Origin: a virus
Lineage: Duplodnaviria > Caudoviricetes
IMG/VR virus record: IMGVR_UViG_3300044556_000077
Location: 32,001-96,000 of that record
Length of the DNA: 64,000 nt
Direction: 5' to 3' (one strand)
The translations under genes were made by a program, and so were the position numbers. How positions within the stretch are numbered: position 1 is the first letter of the stretch; each line of letters opens with the position of its first letter. The notes beneath the pieces are model-generated. The model made no database searches. It was not told where the DNA came from and saw nothing but the letters and a program-made list of their open reading frames with translations. Shown here piece after piece: positions 50,432 to 60,852 of the stretch.

Positions 50432-53400
50432 TACTTTCCTCTTTCTTAATTGCTTCTTTAATATACTTTACTGCAGCATGGATTGCACCGTTATATCCCT
50501 GCTGATAATCATCAAGTCCTTCTTCTGGACTCCATGCTAATTCACTAATTGCTTTTTTAATATTTGTTAATGTTTCTATCGTATGGCTACCCATCATTCT
50601 GCCCTCTAATACTTTGCGTCTTCCCAAAATGAATCTACAAACATCTTTATAATCACCATTAACTAATTGATCTTTAATTGTCTCAGAAACAATAGGAGGG
50701 ATTTCTAAGAAATCTTCTATCTGCTCTGCAAAGAATTTTGCATCGCTTCTTTTCATTCCGTCTTCTAATTTTCTAAACATCATTATCTTTCCTAATATTA
50801 CTCTTTATTAAACATAAGTTCTAATAGAGTATTATTCCTCTGTATCCTTTAACAGACTCTCAATATTATCAGCCAGATAATGTGTTACTCTCTTATATCC
50901 ATTGGAGTTTGTATTTTCGTCAAACCCTCTGAATGATGTCCTGACTGGATAAACATCAGTAATTTTATCGTCCTCAATCTCTACGGCAATAGCCCATCCG
51001 AACAAATGAAGGATACTATTAATAAACCACAATAATCCTGTTGCTCTAAATTCTTCCCATGTCTTTTTCTTAATCATTTTTATTCATCATCCTTTAAAAT
51101 ATCTTTTAAATATTGTACTCTTTTAATGCGTTCAATTTCTTTCTTCATGTCCTTTTTAATTCCACTGACTGCTTGACCTACACCTACCTCAGAGCTAAGA
51201 CCAAGTGACCTGTGATTATCAAACCAGTCGTCCACAATATTCATAGCAGAATATATGCCCTCAATATAAATCTCAAACTTTTCATTACTATTCATCATAA
51301 TCACCTACGCTTCGCTGAATTGTCTCTTCTATAAATGCTTTGATTTTTTCCACGTCATCTCTTGAAAGGGTATTAGAACAATACACTATATCGGTCACAA
51401 GACCAATTGCGACTGTTATCATCGTAGTCATTTAATCCACCTCCATATTAAGCTTGTCATTTCATACAGTTCACTATTCTTTAGGTAATTTCCAATTCGC
51501 TTTCATGCCATTAGCTAGCCACAAGGTGAAATACTTCTGAGGAATTTTTTGCTTATGTCTTTCTTCCAACATTTAATCCTATTACTAACGTATCTTATCT
51601 TTATTGATTGTTTCTTCTGCTCTAATCTTTCTTGTCTTGTCATCACTTTTCACTAATCGTAGCCTTTTTTTTCTTTTGCAATTATAGCGCATCCAACCCA
51701 GTAGAGACACCATCCAAAATTTTTAACATGTTCAGACATATCTGTGCATATAAGATAAGTTTTAATATGCTCCATAAATTCCTCGTTTGTATAGATTTTT
51801 ACTGTACTCATAATTTTACTGTTCTTCTTTGTGCTTTACCCATTTACTACAAAAATCATCTGAGCAAATATCAGCAGTCTTAGTTAATGAGCAGAAATAT
51901 GAATTCATTGTTCTTCCGCCTGCAAGTGCTATATGAGTATAGTATTTACAAGTAGAACATTCGTGCACCGTTTTGTAGCCATTTTTGTTCATGTTTATAA
52001 TGGCATCTACATAACCCTTAGTGTATTCGTCTTTTGGAATCTTATCTGCTTTGCTTTCTTCCATCTCTTTCATGCTAAGACAAATTACATCATATATCTT
52101 CCATTTATCATCTTTTAATACTTTATAATTATCCCTAGCTACAGAGAAAATCTTATAAAGTTCATCCCACATTTCTTTATAATCAGCCATGTTATTTATT
52201 AGCCTTCTTTTGCTTTATGCTTCATAAACTCAATTAAATCATTATAGCAGCATTCGCACATATCTAGTTTATGCCTATAATCATATTTATATTCCTTGAA
52301 TTTATACTTAAAGCGATCCTTCGTTATATCTCTTCCGCAGATATCACACGTAACAACTTTTCTTTTCATTCCAATTAAACTCCCGTCATTTCAATAAACT
52401 CATCATAATACTCATATATTTCTGCCTTGCCATCTTCGAAGCCTTTGTCATAGGATTCATTATAGCTGTTGCTCTTATTTGCTTTGTATCCATCGTCAAA
52501 AGCTGCAGAGTAATAAGTTTAAGATAGTCATTCATAAATATACTTTTGCGTTCTTCACTTCTATCCTGATTAGGATATATCTCTCCCAAAGTATCCCAGA
52601 TCCATACTACAAATGCGTTCTTGCAGTTTTCAATACCATGATCTACTCCATCACAAAACCCTTCATCACGCATAGGGCATCTGACACACTTTATATAGTT
52701 AGATAAAATTTCAGCTAAAGTGCCAACTTCATTATTAGTCATCTATATTCTCCTCATCAATAAGTTTACTACGATATCTGATCCTGTTATTAATATCATC
52801 CAGTCTGTCATAGATCAAAGTCTTGTAGGTAGTAAGTGCTTCAATCTGGTCACATACAATATTAAGCGGGGCATATCGATCATACATGTGTACATCCTCA
52901 TCATAAGCTAGGCTTGAGTAATATAAAGCGCATTTGTCATATTCCTTATTAAGCTCAATCACTCTTGCAGCTACATCTTTATACTCACCTTCAAACTTTG
53001 CGTACTCATATTTCAACTTGCTGATAAACTCATCATTCTTACTCAATGGTATCTCCTCTCTTACATTAAAATATTTAAAAGCTCATTATATTCTGCTTCA
53101 TCACTGTCGGTATTCTTCTCATATTTTTCCTGAAATCTCATAACCTTCGACATTAAAGCTACGATAATTGAATTTAAAAATAAAACATCTTCATCACTTA
53201 TTTCTTTAGTTTCTTTTATACGTGCAAGAATAAGTTGTGCTTTAAGTCCATCTACTAACATCATATCTTCTTTATTATTCATCGGTTTCATCCTCTTTGT
53301 AATATCCACATCCTAACATATCACTTGTATAAGATTCGAGATAACAACCTAATCTTTTACAATAAAGACGAGTAAGTTCTTTACTGTATGCACATTTATT

Positions 53401-54598
53401 ACATGTATGTGCCGGGTTAATCTTTTTAGATGTCTCAATCTTTCTCTTAAATGAATTAATGTCTATCGCCAAGGCAAACATGCAGATCATAAAGACAACC
53501 TGAATGATTACGAGCAATATCAGTAATGATGCTACGCTACGCATTGTTTTCTTCTTCCTTTCTTTGCCATTTGTCGCAACACATTGCCTCATATACTATT
53601 AACCCACTAAGACATTTGCATTTTCCATCAGCCCACATATTTTCCAAGGCCACGTTACCTTCACCATACTGAAATGAATCATAGTGCTTACAATTTTTAC
53701 AATACTTCTGAGCAATTACATATTCATTCATTTTTATTCTCCTTTAACATATCTACGATCCTTCGTATCTTGATACCAGCCTGAACAGCGCATATCAGGA
53801 GTAACCAATAATCCATACTTGTAGCACTTTAATCTGTTGTTGCAATATTCAATTTTGCATGAACCACTACACCATTCGCATGTCATACTACTAAACCTGT
53901 TAAAAGCATCATTATATCCATCGTTATAAGCTTTGCGTACTGTCTCAGCAGCCATCTCAACATCTTTGTCTTTCCCTCGATCGATTAGTCTCTGTATAGC
54001 AACATCAACATTATGTTCTCCTTTATCGGATAGATTAAAATTTCTCAATGCATCAAGAAACACTTTTGCTTCTGCAAGCTCTAATTCAGTCGGTGTCATT
54101 ATTCGTCATCACTCTCCTTTATCTTCTTTTAATTCATCTTTTTCTGCTTCAAAGCACTTAATCATATTCTTCAATGTATAAATTCTTGTATAAGTATCAC
54201 TTAATTCTTTCCTAACTGTTTCTTCTTTGTTTAGTTCAATTTCAAGCAATGTCTCAACATACTTAATCACATCTTCCCTGTTCTTTTGCTTAAAGATTTC
54301 TATAGCTTCTTTACTTGTTATCATTGTCTTTGTCCTCAACATCTATTACAATTGGATCACATACCTTATTCTGCAGCTCACGAATCTTATTCCGAATAAA
54401 AGTTCTTTCGTCACGAAATTCTTCTTCAAGGATCTTTATCCTAGAGCCTGTGTGAATATCCATAAAGATACTCACCAACAGGACTATTGTAAGTGTTATG
54501 TTCGCCACCAAACTAAGCATTTTCATCTTCATCCCATCCTTCTTGATCGTATTCCCATTCTTCTTCTTTGCACTTCTCATATCCGCTTTCATATCCAT
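50418..54598 (-). CDS. cluster of ~12 small hypothetical phage genes (50418-50783, 50832-51077, 51080-51304, 51816-52190, 52386-52742, 52735-53046, 53061-53309, 53275-53592, 53537-53731, 53734-54099, 54109-54342, 54311-54598)
   Basis: Co-oriented, abutting ORFs; several CxxC...C...C domains and GY.DG motifs. Confidence 0.55.
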
Positions 54599-55013
54599 CT
54601 GAGAATCCCATATCGTACATACTATTCAGTTTAGAATACATATAATCCGTAAGCACTTTATAGCAATCATTTACAGCCTTTGGATTTCCATGATCTCTTT
54701 CGTATTCTTCATCATACTCATCTCTATAAAACATATCTTCAACCACTTCCCTTGCCATCATATGATTTGTTTCTGCATCCTCTAAAACATCTGTATGCCA
54801 ATCCAACTTCGGTATAGTAACACCAGATTTGTTTACTTCAATCTCTCCGTCAGTATCACATTTATAAGCAGCTGTCTCATAATCTTTCAGATCATACATG
54901 CATCTGGCGTCTACCACAAACCCTTCTACAGAACGATCATCTTTCATCCATTTCGGAACGCTCTCATTAATCTGATCGATAGCTTTCTTTACTGCTTCTT
55001 TGTCTTTGCTCAT
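54513..55013 (-). CDS. hypothetical protein, paralog of 55088-55387
   Basis: P.WM..DR.VEGFVVD......DYET.A..C shared. Confidence 0.65.
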   Translation of the reverse strand: MSKDKEAVKKAIDQINESVPKWMKDDRSVEGFVVDARCMYDLKDYETAAYKCDTDGEIEVNKSGVTIPKLDWHTDVLEDAETNHMMAREVVEDMFYRDEYDEEYERDHGNPKAVNDCYKVLTDYMYSKLNSMYDMGFSDGYESGYEKCKEEEWEYDQEGWDEDENA

Positions 55014-55087
55014 ATCTCATTCAAACCTTTCCCATAATATTAACCCCCTAAATATATTATCAATGCAACAGTTTATGTTTTAGACTT

Positions 55088-55387
55088 CTATTTCATATCT
55101 CTCAGCATCTTTCTGGCTTTCTTGTGATTGAACCTTGCCTGAACCAGATTCTTCGCATGCAACTCAACGACCGGATCTCCGTAGGCTCTACTTGTTACAT
55201 TACCTTTCTTATTACATCTAAATGCCATTGTTTCATAGTCCTGTGTATCCAGAGTATATACTGTATCTACAACAAACCCCTCAACAGTACGATCTTGTCT
55301 CATCCATTCAGGGATATTCTTGTTTGCATGATTGAAGTCTATAAGTTCTTTTTCAAACTCTGTAATCTGATCTGTATAGTCTGCCAT
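55088..55387 (-). CDS. hypothetical protein, paralog of 54513-55013
   Basis: Same shared motif; AAAGGA RBS. Confidence 0.65.
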   Translation of the reverse strand: MADYTDQITEFEKELIDFNHANKNIPEWMRQDRTVEGFVVDTVYTLDTQDYETMAFRCNKKGNVTSRAYGDPVVELHAKNLVQARFNHKKARKMLRDMK

Positions 55388-55531
55388 GCTACATTCCTTT
55401 CTTTTAACGTTACAATAATTGATAAAATAACAAAAGATGTAACTTAAATCTTTATTTTATACCAATTAAGTTACACCTCATAATCTCTAGTCCCTTCTAG
55501 CAAAAATCGCTGTATCCCCTTGACACTTTTT

Positions 55532-55559
55532 ATTATACATATATCGCAAGATTTGTCAA
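55532..55559 (-). promoter_or_regulatory. consensus sigma70 promoter
   Basis: TTGACA-16-TATAAT. Confidence 0.6.
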
Positions 55560-55609
55560 TGATTTTATTTATCGGACATTTATATTCTATTATGTTTAAT
55601 AGTCTTTAG

Positions 55610-56008
55610 CTATATTACATTCCCACGCTGTACTGCACCATTTACCATACTCTCACTCGGAGGATCTGGAAGATATGTCCAAGCAATTAAATCAGCTTCA
55701 CCGATCAAACGTGTATTAAAGCTGTTATGCTCATAAGGCAATACAGCATAATTATAATCATCATATGAAAAAAAGTTGCATTTCCTATAATATACCAAAT
55801 ACTCACCCATCTTCTCGGGATGGGTATTCATGCAGCTGTGCCACTCCTGACTCATATTAGCATCCATATTGTTCACATACACCTCAATATCTCCCACAGG
55901 ATCATCCGATCTATTCAGATCATCACTATCCAAATACTCCATAAGTTCTCTCTGTGAAATTAAATCTCTTTCATATTCCATTGCATCACTCCAAATCATT
56001 TGCTTCAT
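55610..56008 (-). CDS. DUF551-like protein
   Basis: DLIS, WHSC...P...GEYLV, IAWTYLP. Confidence 0.65.
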   Translation of the reverse strand: MKQMIWSDAMEYERDLISQRELMEYLDSDDLNRSDDPVGDIEVYVNNMDANMSQEWHSCMNTHPEKMGEYLVYYRKCNFFSYDDYNYAVLPYEHNSFNTRLIGEADLIAWTYLPDPPSESMVNGAVQRGNVI

Positions 56009-56357
56009 CGAGTTTCAAGCTAATCAAAGCGCAGACTTTAGCATACCCGGTGGCAACGCCTAAATAAAATTCATTATCTTTCTGGTCATTCTCTTCATTC
56101 ATTCCAAGATGCTTATATCTTCTGGCTCTGCTCCTGCAGCTCTCATAAAGTTCTCCTATGTTTAACATGTTTTTATCGATCTGACAAAGTTCTTTCTCGT
56201 CACTCTCACTGACAGTATTTGTATCGCTCTGATGCTTCTCTGGCTGGCTGTGGTTAGCTCTCTCACGAGTTTTCTTCACGCTTGACCCAAGCATCCATCC
56301 AAGTATAAAAGCGCAAACCAGAGCCATAAGAAGGATTATTTTAACATCGTTTGTCAT
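55986..56357 (-). CDS. membrane-anchored hypothetical protein
   Basis: N-terminal TM helix, RBS. Confidence 0.6.
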   Translation of the reverse strand: MTNDVKIILLMALVCAFILGWMLGSSVKKTRERANHSQPEKHQSDTNTVSESDEKELCQIDKNMLNIGELYESCRSRARRYKHLGMNEENDQKDNEFYLGVATGYAKVCALISLKLDEANDLE

Positions 56358-56461
56358 TTAACATTCCTTTCTGTAAATAAAGCCCTTTATCAATACATGA
56401 TTAACAAAGGGCTTAGTTGAAATACAGTGAGCTATAGTTATTTATATCATTCTATATTAGA

Positions 56462-56638
56462 CTACTTATTCTCTTCTGTAACCTGATTAGCATTCTGCTG
56501 TGCAGCTGCTTCTCTCTCAATAATATTCTTAAGAGTAGTAATTGAAGCTGCCATATTAATCGTATCCATTCCCTTTACTTCAATTCCAAGCAGTGCGTTA
56601 TATACCTGTGCGATCTCATTCAGTGTCTTCTGATCCAT
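56462..56638 (-). CDS. 58-aa hypothetical protein (below ORF-track cutoff)
   Basis: MDQKTLNEIAQVYNALLGIEVKG...; TAATG coupling, GAGG RBS. Confidence 0.6.
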   Translation of the reverse strand: MDQKTLNEIAQVYNALLGIEVKGMDTINMAASITTLKNIIEREAAAQQNANQVTEENK

Positions 56639-57234
56639 TATTCATCCTCACTTTCATTACTTCCATAAAGTTTTTTCTCGGCTTCTCTAAACAGGATTTC
56701 CTGTCTCCAAAGTTCCATACCAGTCTCAAGCTTATATCTGGTTACAAAGTTAGGGCACTTAATATTTTCCATGAAATTCTCATTGAATTCCTTATACATT
56801 CCTTTAGTCCAAGTTCCGTTAGGCTTTGGGAAATCCATTTTGTTAGCATATTTCTTAAGATATGTAATATACGTTCTCCAACTCATGTACGGAGCATTTG
56901 CTCTCCAGAAAATAAACAACTTATCAAGCATAGCCAGAGTATTTCTGGAAGTGTCATTAACAAATACGCTTCTCTCAAGAGAAAGATCGTCAGCGTTCTT
57001 TCTGTACTTATCGAATGATTTACTAAGTCTATCATAATCAGATACCAGAACACCAAGACCAAGCTGCTCCTCTGACATTGTATTAGTCAGCCAAGTAAAA
57101 GTAGGGTTCTCTGTATCTTTATGGTGGAAATACAGATATCCCATAAACATCTTTCTGATCTCACTACGTTCCTTATCTCTAGCTTTTCTTACCTCGGATT
57201 TTTCATCATCTGACAAAGGCTTGTAAACTACTTC
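56638..57234 (-). CDS. IStron host gene, exon 2 (hypothetical; spliced protein ~236 aa)
   Basis: Frame open from the IStron 3' end: EVVYKPLSDDEKSEVRK... Confidence 0.8.
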   Translation of the reverse strand, partial: EVVYKPLSDDEKSEVRKARDKERSEIRKMFMGYLYFHHKDTENPTFTWLTNTMSEEQLGLGVLVSDYDRLSKSFDKYRKNADDLSLERSVFVNDTSRNTLAMLDKLFIFWRANAPYMSWRTYITYLKKYANKMDFPKPNGTWTKGMYKEFNENFMENIKCPNFVTRYKLETGMELWRQEILFREAEKKLYGSNESEDE

Positions 57235-57345
57235 CTGAACCTCCCACGACTAAAGTCGCGGGGTTCTTGGTCAACACCTCTAACGAGGTGAGATTACCCA
57301 AGCTATCCCCGTAGTTCCTACGGTTTTACATATGTTATTTAAGCT
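57235..57345 (-). ncRNA. TnpB omega/reRNA scaffold and IS right end (5' limit uncertain)
   Basis: CCGTAGGAACTACGG, CTTGG..CACCTCGTTAGAGGTG..CCAAG and CCCCGCGACTTTAGTCGTGGGAG hairpins ending GTTCAG. Confidence 0.75.
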
Positions 57346-58436
57346 GATATTCTCATCCCTTCATTTAAAATGTTCTTTGCTGCATTAATATCCCTATCTA
57401 ATTTTGCTTTACAATTAGGACATACCCATTCTCTAACATTAAGATCTTTAGTAATAGGGAACTTTTTACCACAACAGCTACAAGTTTGACTACTTGCATA
57501 AAATTTATCTATTTTTACAACTTTCTTTCCATACCATTCGGCTTTGTATATAAGTTCTCTTGTAAATTCAGACCATGATACATCAGCAATATTACGTGCA
57601 AGTTTATGATTTTTAATCATATTTTTTACTTGCAAGTCTTCAATACAAATAACATCATAATCTTGAATTAATTTAGTAGATAACTTTTGTAAATAGTCTC
57701 TTCTCTGATTAGAAATATGCTCCTGAATCCTGGCAACCTTAATTCTTACCTTTACCCAGTTTGAACTTCCTTTTGTTTTTCGAGAAAGCTCTCTCTGAAG
57801 TTTGGCAAGTTTCTTAAGAGATTTATCCAAATATTTAGGATTATGATATTTCATACCATCTGAAGTAATTGCAAAGTCTTTAATACCAAGATCAATTCCT
57901 ACTTCTTTTGAAGTTTTTGGCAATGTAGGAATCTCTATTCCCGTACAGCATAAAGACACATAGTATTTACCACTTGGAACTTGAGACACTGTGGCATTCA
58001 AAATTCTTCCTTGAGGAATCATTTTATCTGTGATACGTAATTTCCCAAGTTTGGGAAGTTGTATGTATTTGCCAAGAAATTTGATATTGTTATTTGTATA
58101 ACTCGTTCTATAAGAATTATTATGAGTTTTTTTAGATTTAAATTTTGGATATTCACTTCTTTTATCAAAGAAATTCTTATAGGCAGTATCTAAATCTCTA
58201 AGTGCATTCTGCAATGCGAATTTGTCAGGTTCTTTAAGCCATAATAATTCTTTTTTTATTTTAGTCAGGTCTTTAGAACATGCACTATAGTTCATTGTTT
58301 GCTTAGACTCTTTATACAATTCTTTTCTCATGGCAAGATAATAATTAAAAACGAATCTTGCACATCCAAACGTCTTTGCAATTAATATTTTTTGTTCAGT
58401 TGTTGGGTATATACGATATTTATATGCTTTTTCCAT
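57339..58436 (-). CDS. tnpB: TnpB RNA-guided endonuclease
   Basis: AYKYRIYP HTH; RuvC GIDLG, IEDL, DRDINAA; Zn finger CSCCG/CPNC; all intact. Confidence 0.95.
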   Translation of the reverse strand: MEKAYKYRIYPTTEQKILIAKTFGCARFVFNYYLAMRKELYKESKQTMNYSACSKDLTKIKKELLWLKEPDKFALQNALRDLDTAYKNFFDKRSEYPKFKSKKTHNNSYRTSYTNNNIKFLGKYIQLPKLGKLRITDKMIPQGRILNATVSQVPSGKYYVSLCCTGIEIPTLPKTSKEVGIDLGIKDFAITSDGMKYHNPKYLDKSLKKLAKLQRELSRKTKGSSNWVKVRIKVARIQEHISNQRRDYLQKLSTKLIQDYDVICIEDLQVKNMIKNHKLARNIADVSWSEFTRELIYKAEWYGKKVVKIDKFYASSQTCSCCGKKFPITKDLNVREWVCPNCKAKLDRDINAAKNILNEGMRISA

Positions 58437-58437
58437 A

Positions 58438-58839
58438 TTACTTTCTCTTTTGGCTTTTTATATATTCTATTATTTGCCGTTCGGTATTTTCTGATACGGT
58501 AGCAACAAAGTAGGATGGATTCCATAAATGTCCTTCCCAAAGAACATTCTTCCATCTCTCACGATATCTTTTCATTAAATATCGTGCCGAAACACCTTTT
58601 AACGCCTTTATCATATTTGGTATGTAATGTTGTGGTGAGCAATTAATCAGTAAATGTATATAATCAGCCTCACCATTCATTTCAAGTATTTCAAACCCAT
58701 TTTTTTGAGCAATATTATTTAATACTTCATGTAAATATTTCTCAACATCTTCTGTTAAAACTTTTTTTCGGTATTTGACACACCATACAATATGATATTG
58801 GATTGAATATACATATCCTCTTCCATGTGTTACTTTCAT
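58438..58839 (-). CDS. tnpA: IS200/IS605 Y1 HUH transposase TnpA
   Basis: YHIVWCVKYR, DYIHLL (HUH reads YIH), LW..SYF, YI..Q; AAGGAGG RBS before ATG 58839. Confidence 0.93.
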   Translation of the reverse strand: MKVTHGRGYVYSIQYHIVWCVKYRKKVLTEDVEKYLHEVLNNIAQKNGFEILEMNGEADYIHLLINCSPQHYIPNMIKALKGVSARYLMKRYRERWKNVLWEGHLWNPSYFVATVSENTERQIIEYIKSQKRK

Positions 58840-58857
58840 GCCATCCTCCTTACGCAT

Positions 58858-58886
58858 AGAATAACATATGTAACACGGAAAGTCAA
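58858..58886 (-). promoter_or_regulatory. internal tnpA/tnpB promoter
   Basis: TTGACT-17-TATTCT with TGn extended -10. Confidence 0.6.
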
Positions 58887-58959
58887 GTAAATATCAGTAT
58901 AGTTTAGCTATATTTTAATAACATATGTAAAGCCATAGGACTATTAGTCATCTATGGAG

Positions 58960-59412
58960 GTTGTAGTTCACATGGTGTCGCTAATTCCATGCATCCTTAT
59001 CTGCCTTATTGTTTAGCAGCAGGTATCTCATGCTTTCACATGAGCACAGACTATATCTTATCCTTGCCATATTTCTATGGTTTAGGCGATACCACTTCGA
59101 ATCGCTTGATTCTACTCCCCTCAAGAGGGATAGTCGTTGAACCTTCTCCTTTTCGGAGCTTGGCTGCTGGTTCTCGATTTTTAAGCACTTAGGTTTTAAC
59201 CTTATACCATCTAATAATTTTTTTCTGCTTTCGCAACATTCGTACCTAGCCATATTTCATGCTTATACTGTAGTATTATTAGCTTTACGAATTTTCAGCA
59301 GTTCAGTATCTTTGTTGGACGTTTAAACGTCACTACATACAAGTTTCCCTATATGCTAACTATTTATGTGTCTTACTCATGACTAAAGTCACGAGTGTGC
59401 GACACATATTTA
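58960..59412 (-). ncRNA. group I ribozyme core of the IStron
   Basis: GAACTGCTG, AACCAGCAGCCAAG, TTCAACGACTA, AAGATATAGTCTG; P1 TTGAT/GTTAG. Confidence 0.9.
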
Positions 59413-59526
59413 ATCAAAGTTAACCTTAACTTTTTCAGTCTTGAAAGGTTTGTTTGTTACAGCATCATTTTTCTTCATAGCTTTAGCATGTTTACCTTTC
59501 TTCGAATTCTTCTTTTTATTAGCCAT
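59413..59526 (-). CDS. IStron host gene, exon 1 (38 codons)
   Basis: AAGGAGG RBS; MANKKKNSKKGKHAKAMKKNDAVTNKPFKTEKVKVNFD ending in TTTGAT. Confidence 0.82.
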
Positions 59527-59546
59527 TCTTCCTCCTTATCTTTCAA

Positions 59547-60212
59547 TTACTTTCCACTACTGCCAAGCATTCCTGTACCACGATTAGACTCAATCTTTGC
59601 GATCTCATCAGGTGTTACTTCATAAATCTCAAACTTTGGAACTTCCTCTACAGCAGCCTGTGCAACAGCCTTAGAATATGGAACATAAATACAATCCTGC
59701 TTTGCTCCATATTCCTGCGCTTCAACACACATATTATTGCAATGATGCGTTACAGTAGTAGACCTTGTAACTTTGCTTACATTCTTAGAGATAATAACTG
59801 GAACGCTGTTAGCATTATAAAGTGCTACAAACCATTCACCTCTGAAGTTAGAATCGATCTGTCCTGCCATTACCTGAAGAGTAGACTTTGTATTACTTCC
59901 TCTTTCTCTCAGAGAGATTCTGTAATCACTGTCAAATGCAGAGCAGATACCAGTAGGAACAAGCTTTACAGTGAAAGGTTCAATTCTCATCTCATCCTCT
60001 GCAAAACAAGCATATACATCATAACATCCATCCTCATCTCTCTTAGATGGAATGGTAGCTCCCTCTCTCATCTTAGCAAACAGGAGTACATTAGACGGAA
60101 CTGTTTTTACTTCATTTGTTACTCCCTCAGACACTTTAGTAAAAGCATTTCTGTCAATACTGTTTACTACGTCCTCATTCATTTCTTTTGTTATCTTTCT
60201 AAAGTTAAACAT
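59547..60212 (-). CDS. dut: trimeric dUTPase
   Basis: G.YD, ERGS, GQIDSNFRGE, AQ, RG.G.LGSSG motifs. Confidence 0.92.
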   Translation of the reverse strand: MFNFRKITKEMNEDVVNSIDRNAFTKVSEGVTNEVKTVPSNVLLFAKMREGATIPSKRDEDGCYDVYACFAEDEMRIEPFTVKLVPTGICSAFDSDYRISLRERGSNTKSTLQVMAGQIDSNFRGEWFVALYNANSVPVIISKNVSKVTRSTTVTHHCNNMCVEAQEYGAKQDCIYVPYSKAVAQAAVEEVPKFEIYEVTPDEIAKIESNRGTGMLGSSGK

Positions 60213-60248
60213 TTAAACCTCTTTCTATATCTTTAATTCTATTTTATC

Positions 60249-60812
60249 CTATTTAAGCAGATCCTTATATCTTCCTACTGGGTAGCCAAGCGCAGCCAGA
60301 CAGAGTACACTTCCTAACAACGGATTATCACCGCAGATATTATATTCGAAGTCAATCTCTTTCCATTCATTCTCACTGGAATGTTCTTTCTCTTCATCAG
60401 AAAGCATTCTGTCTCCTGCCTTATCAGAACCCATAACTCTTACAGAATCGATCTTATTAAAATCATAGAACTGAAGTCTGCCAAGTTCATTCTCGTATCT
60501 AACATCTGGCACAATTGCTACATCATATAAATCTTCAATGCTATAAACAAATAAGATCTTTGCTGTCAGATCAGCCCAGAACGCAGGAAAATGCTTTCTA
60601 AACAAATCCGTACCTACATGCTGAAGCAGATATCTTCCATACAAATCTTTCTGACCATCCCAATTAAAATGGTCTTTGCAGATATGTTTAAGCATATCAG
60701 CTTCATGTACAATGATTACTCTATATCCTGCGCTCTGAAGAATCTCATGCATATACTTTGCGTAAGTGTCTTTTCCAGATCCTGCAGAACCACTAAGTGT
60801 AATAACGTTCAT
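60249..60812 (-). CDS. deoxynucleoside monophosphate kinase
   Basis: SGSAGSGKDT, R.LLQ.VGTD..R, DVRYENE, HSSE. Confidence 0.85.
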   Translation of the reverse strand: MNVITLSGSAGSGKDTYAKYMHEILQSAGYRVIIVHEADMLKHICKDHFNWDGQKDLYGRYLLQHVGTDLFRKHFPAFWADLTAKILFVYSIEDLYDVAIVPDVRYENELGRLQFYDFNKIDSVRVMGSDKAGDRMLSDEEKEHSSENEWKEIDFEYNICGDNPLLGSVLCLAALGYPVGRYKDLLK

Positions 60813-60852
60813 TTAATATCCTTTCTACTGCTGAACTCCCCAAATACTGATC

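Larger units (their letters stand above)
57235..59412 (-). mobile_element. IStron: group I intron fused to an IS200/IS605 element (CdISt1-like), 2178 nt
   Basis: Inserted after TTGAT, ends in TCAG; GACTTTAGTC hairpins at both ends; group I core; tnpA+tnpB; removal restores an in-frame gene. Confidence 0.92.

Noticed and set aside
58981-59253. 90-aa ORF and the opposite 67-aa ORF
   Set aside because: They lie within the ribozyme core with no RBS or recognisable domain
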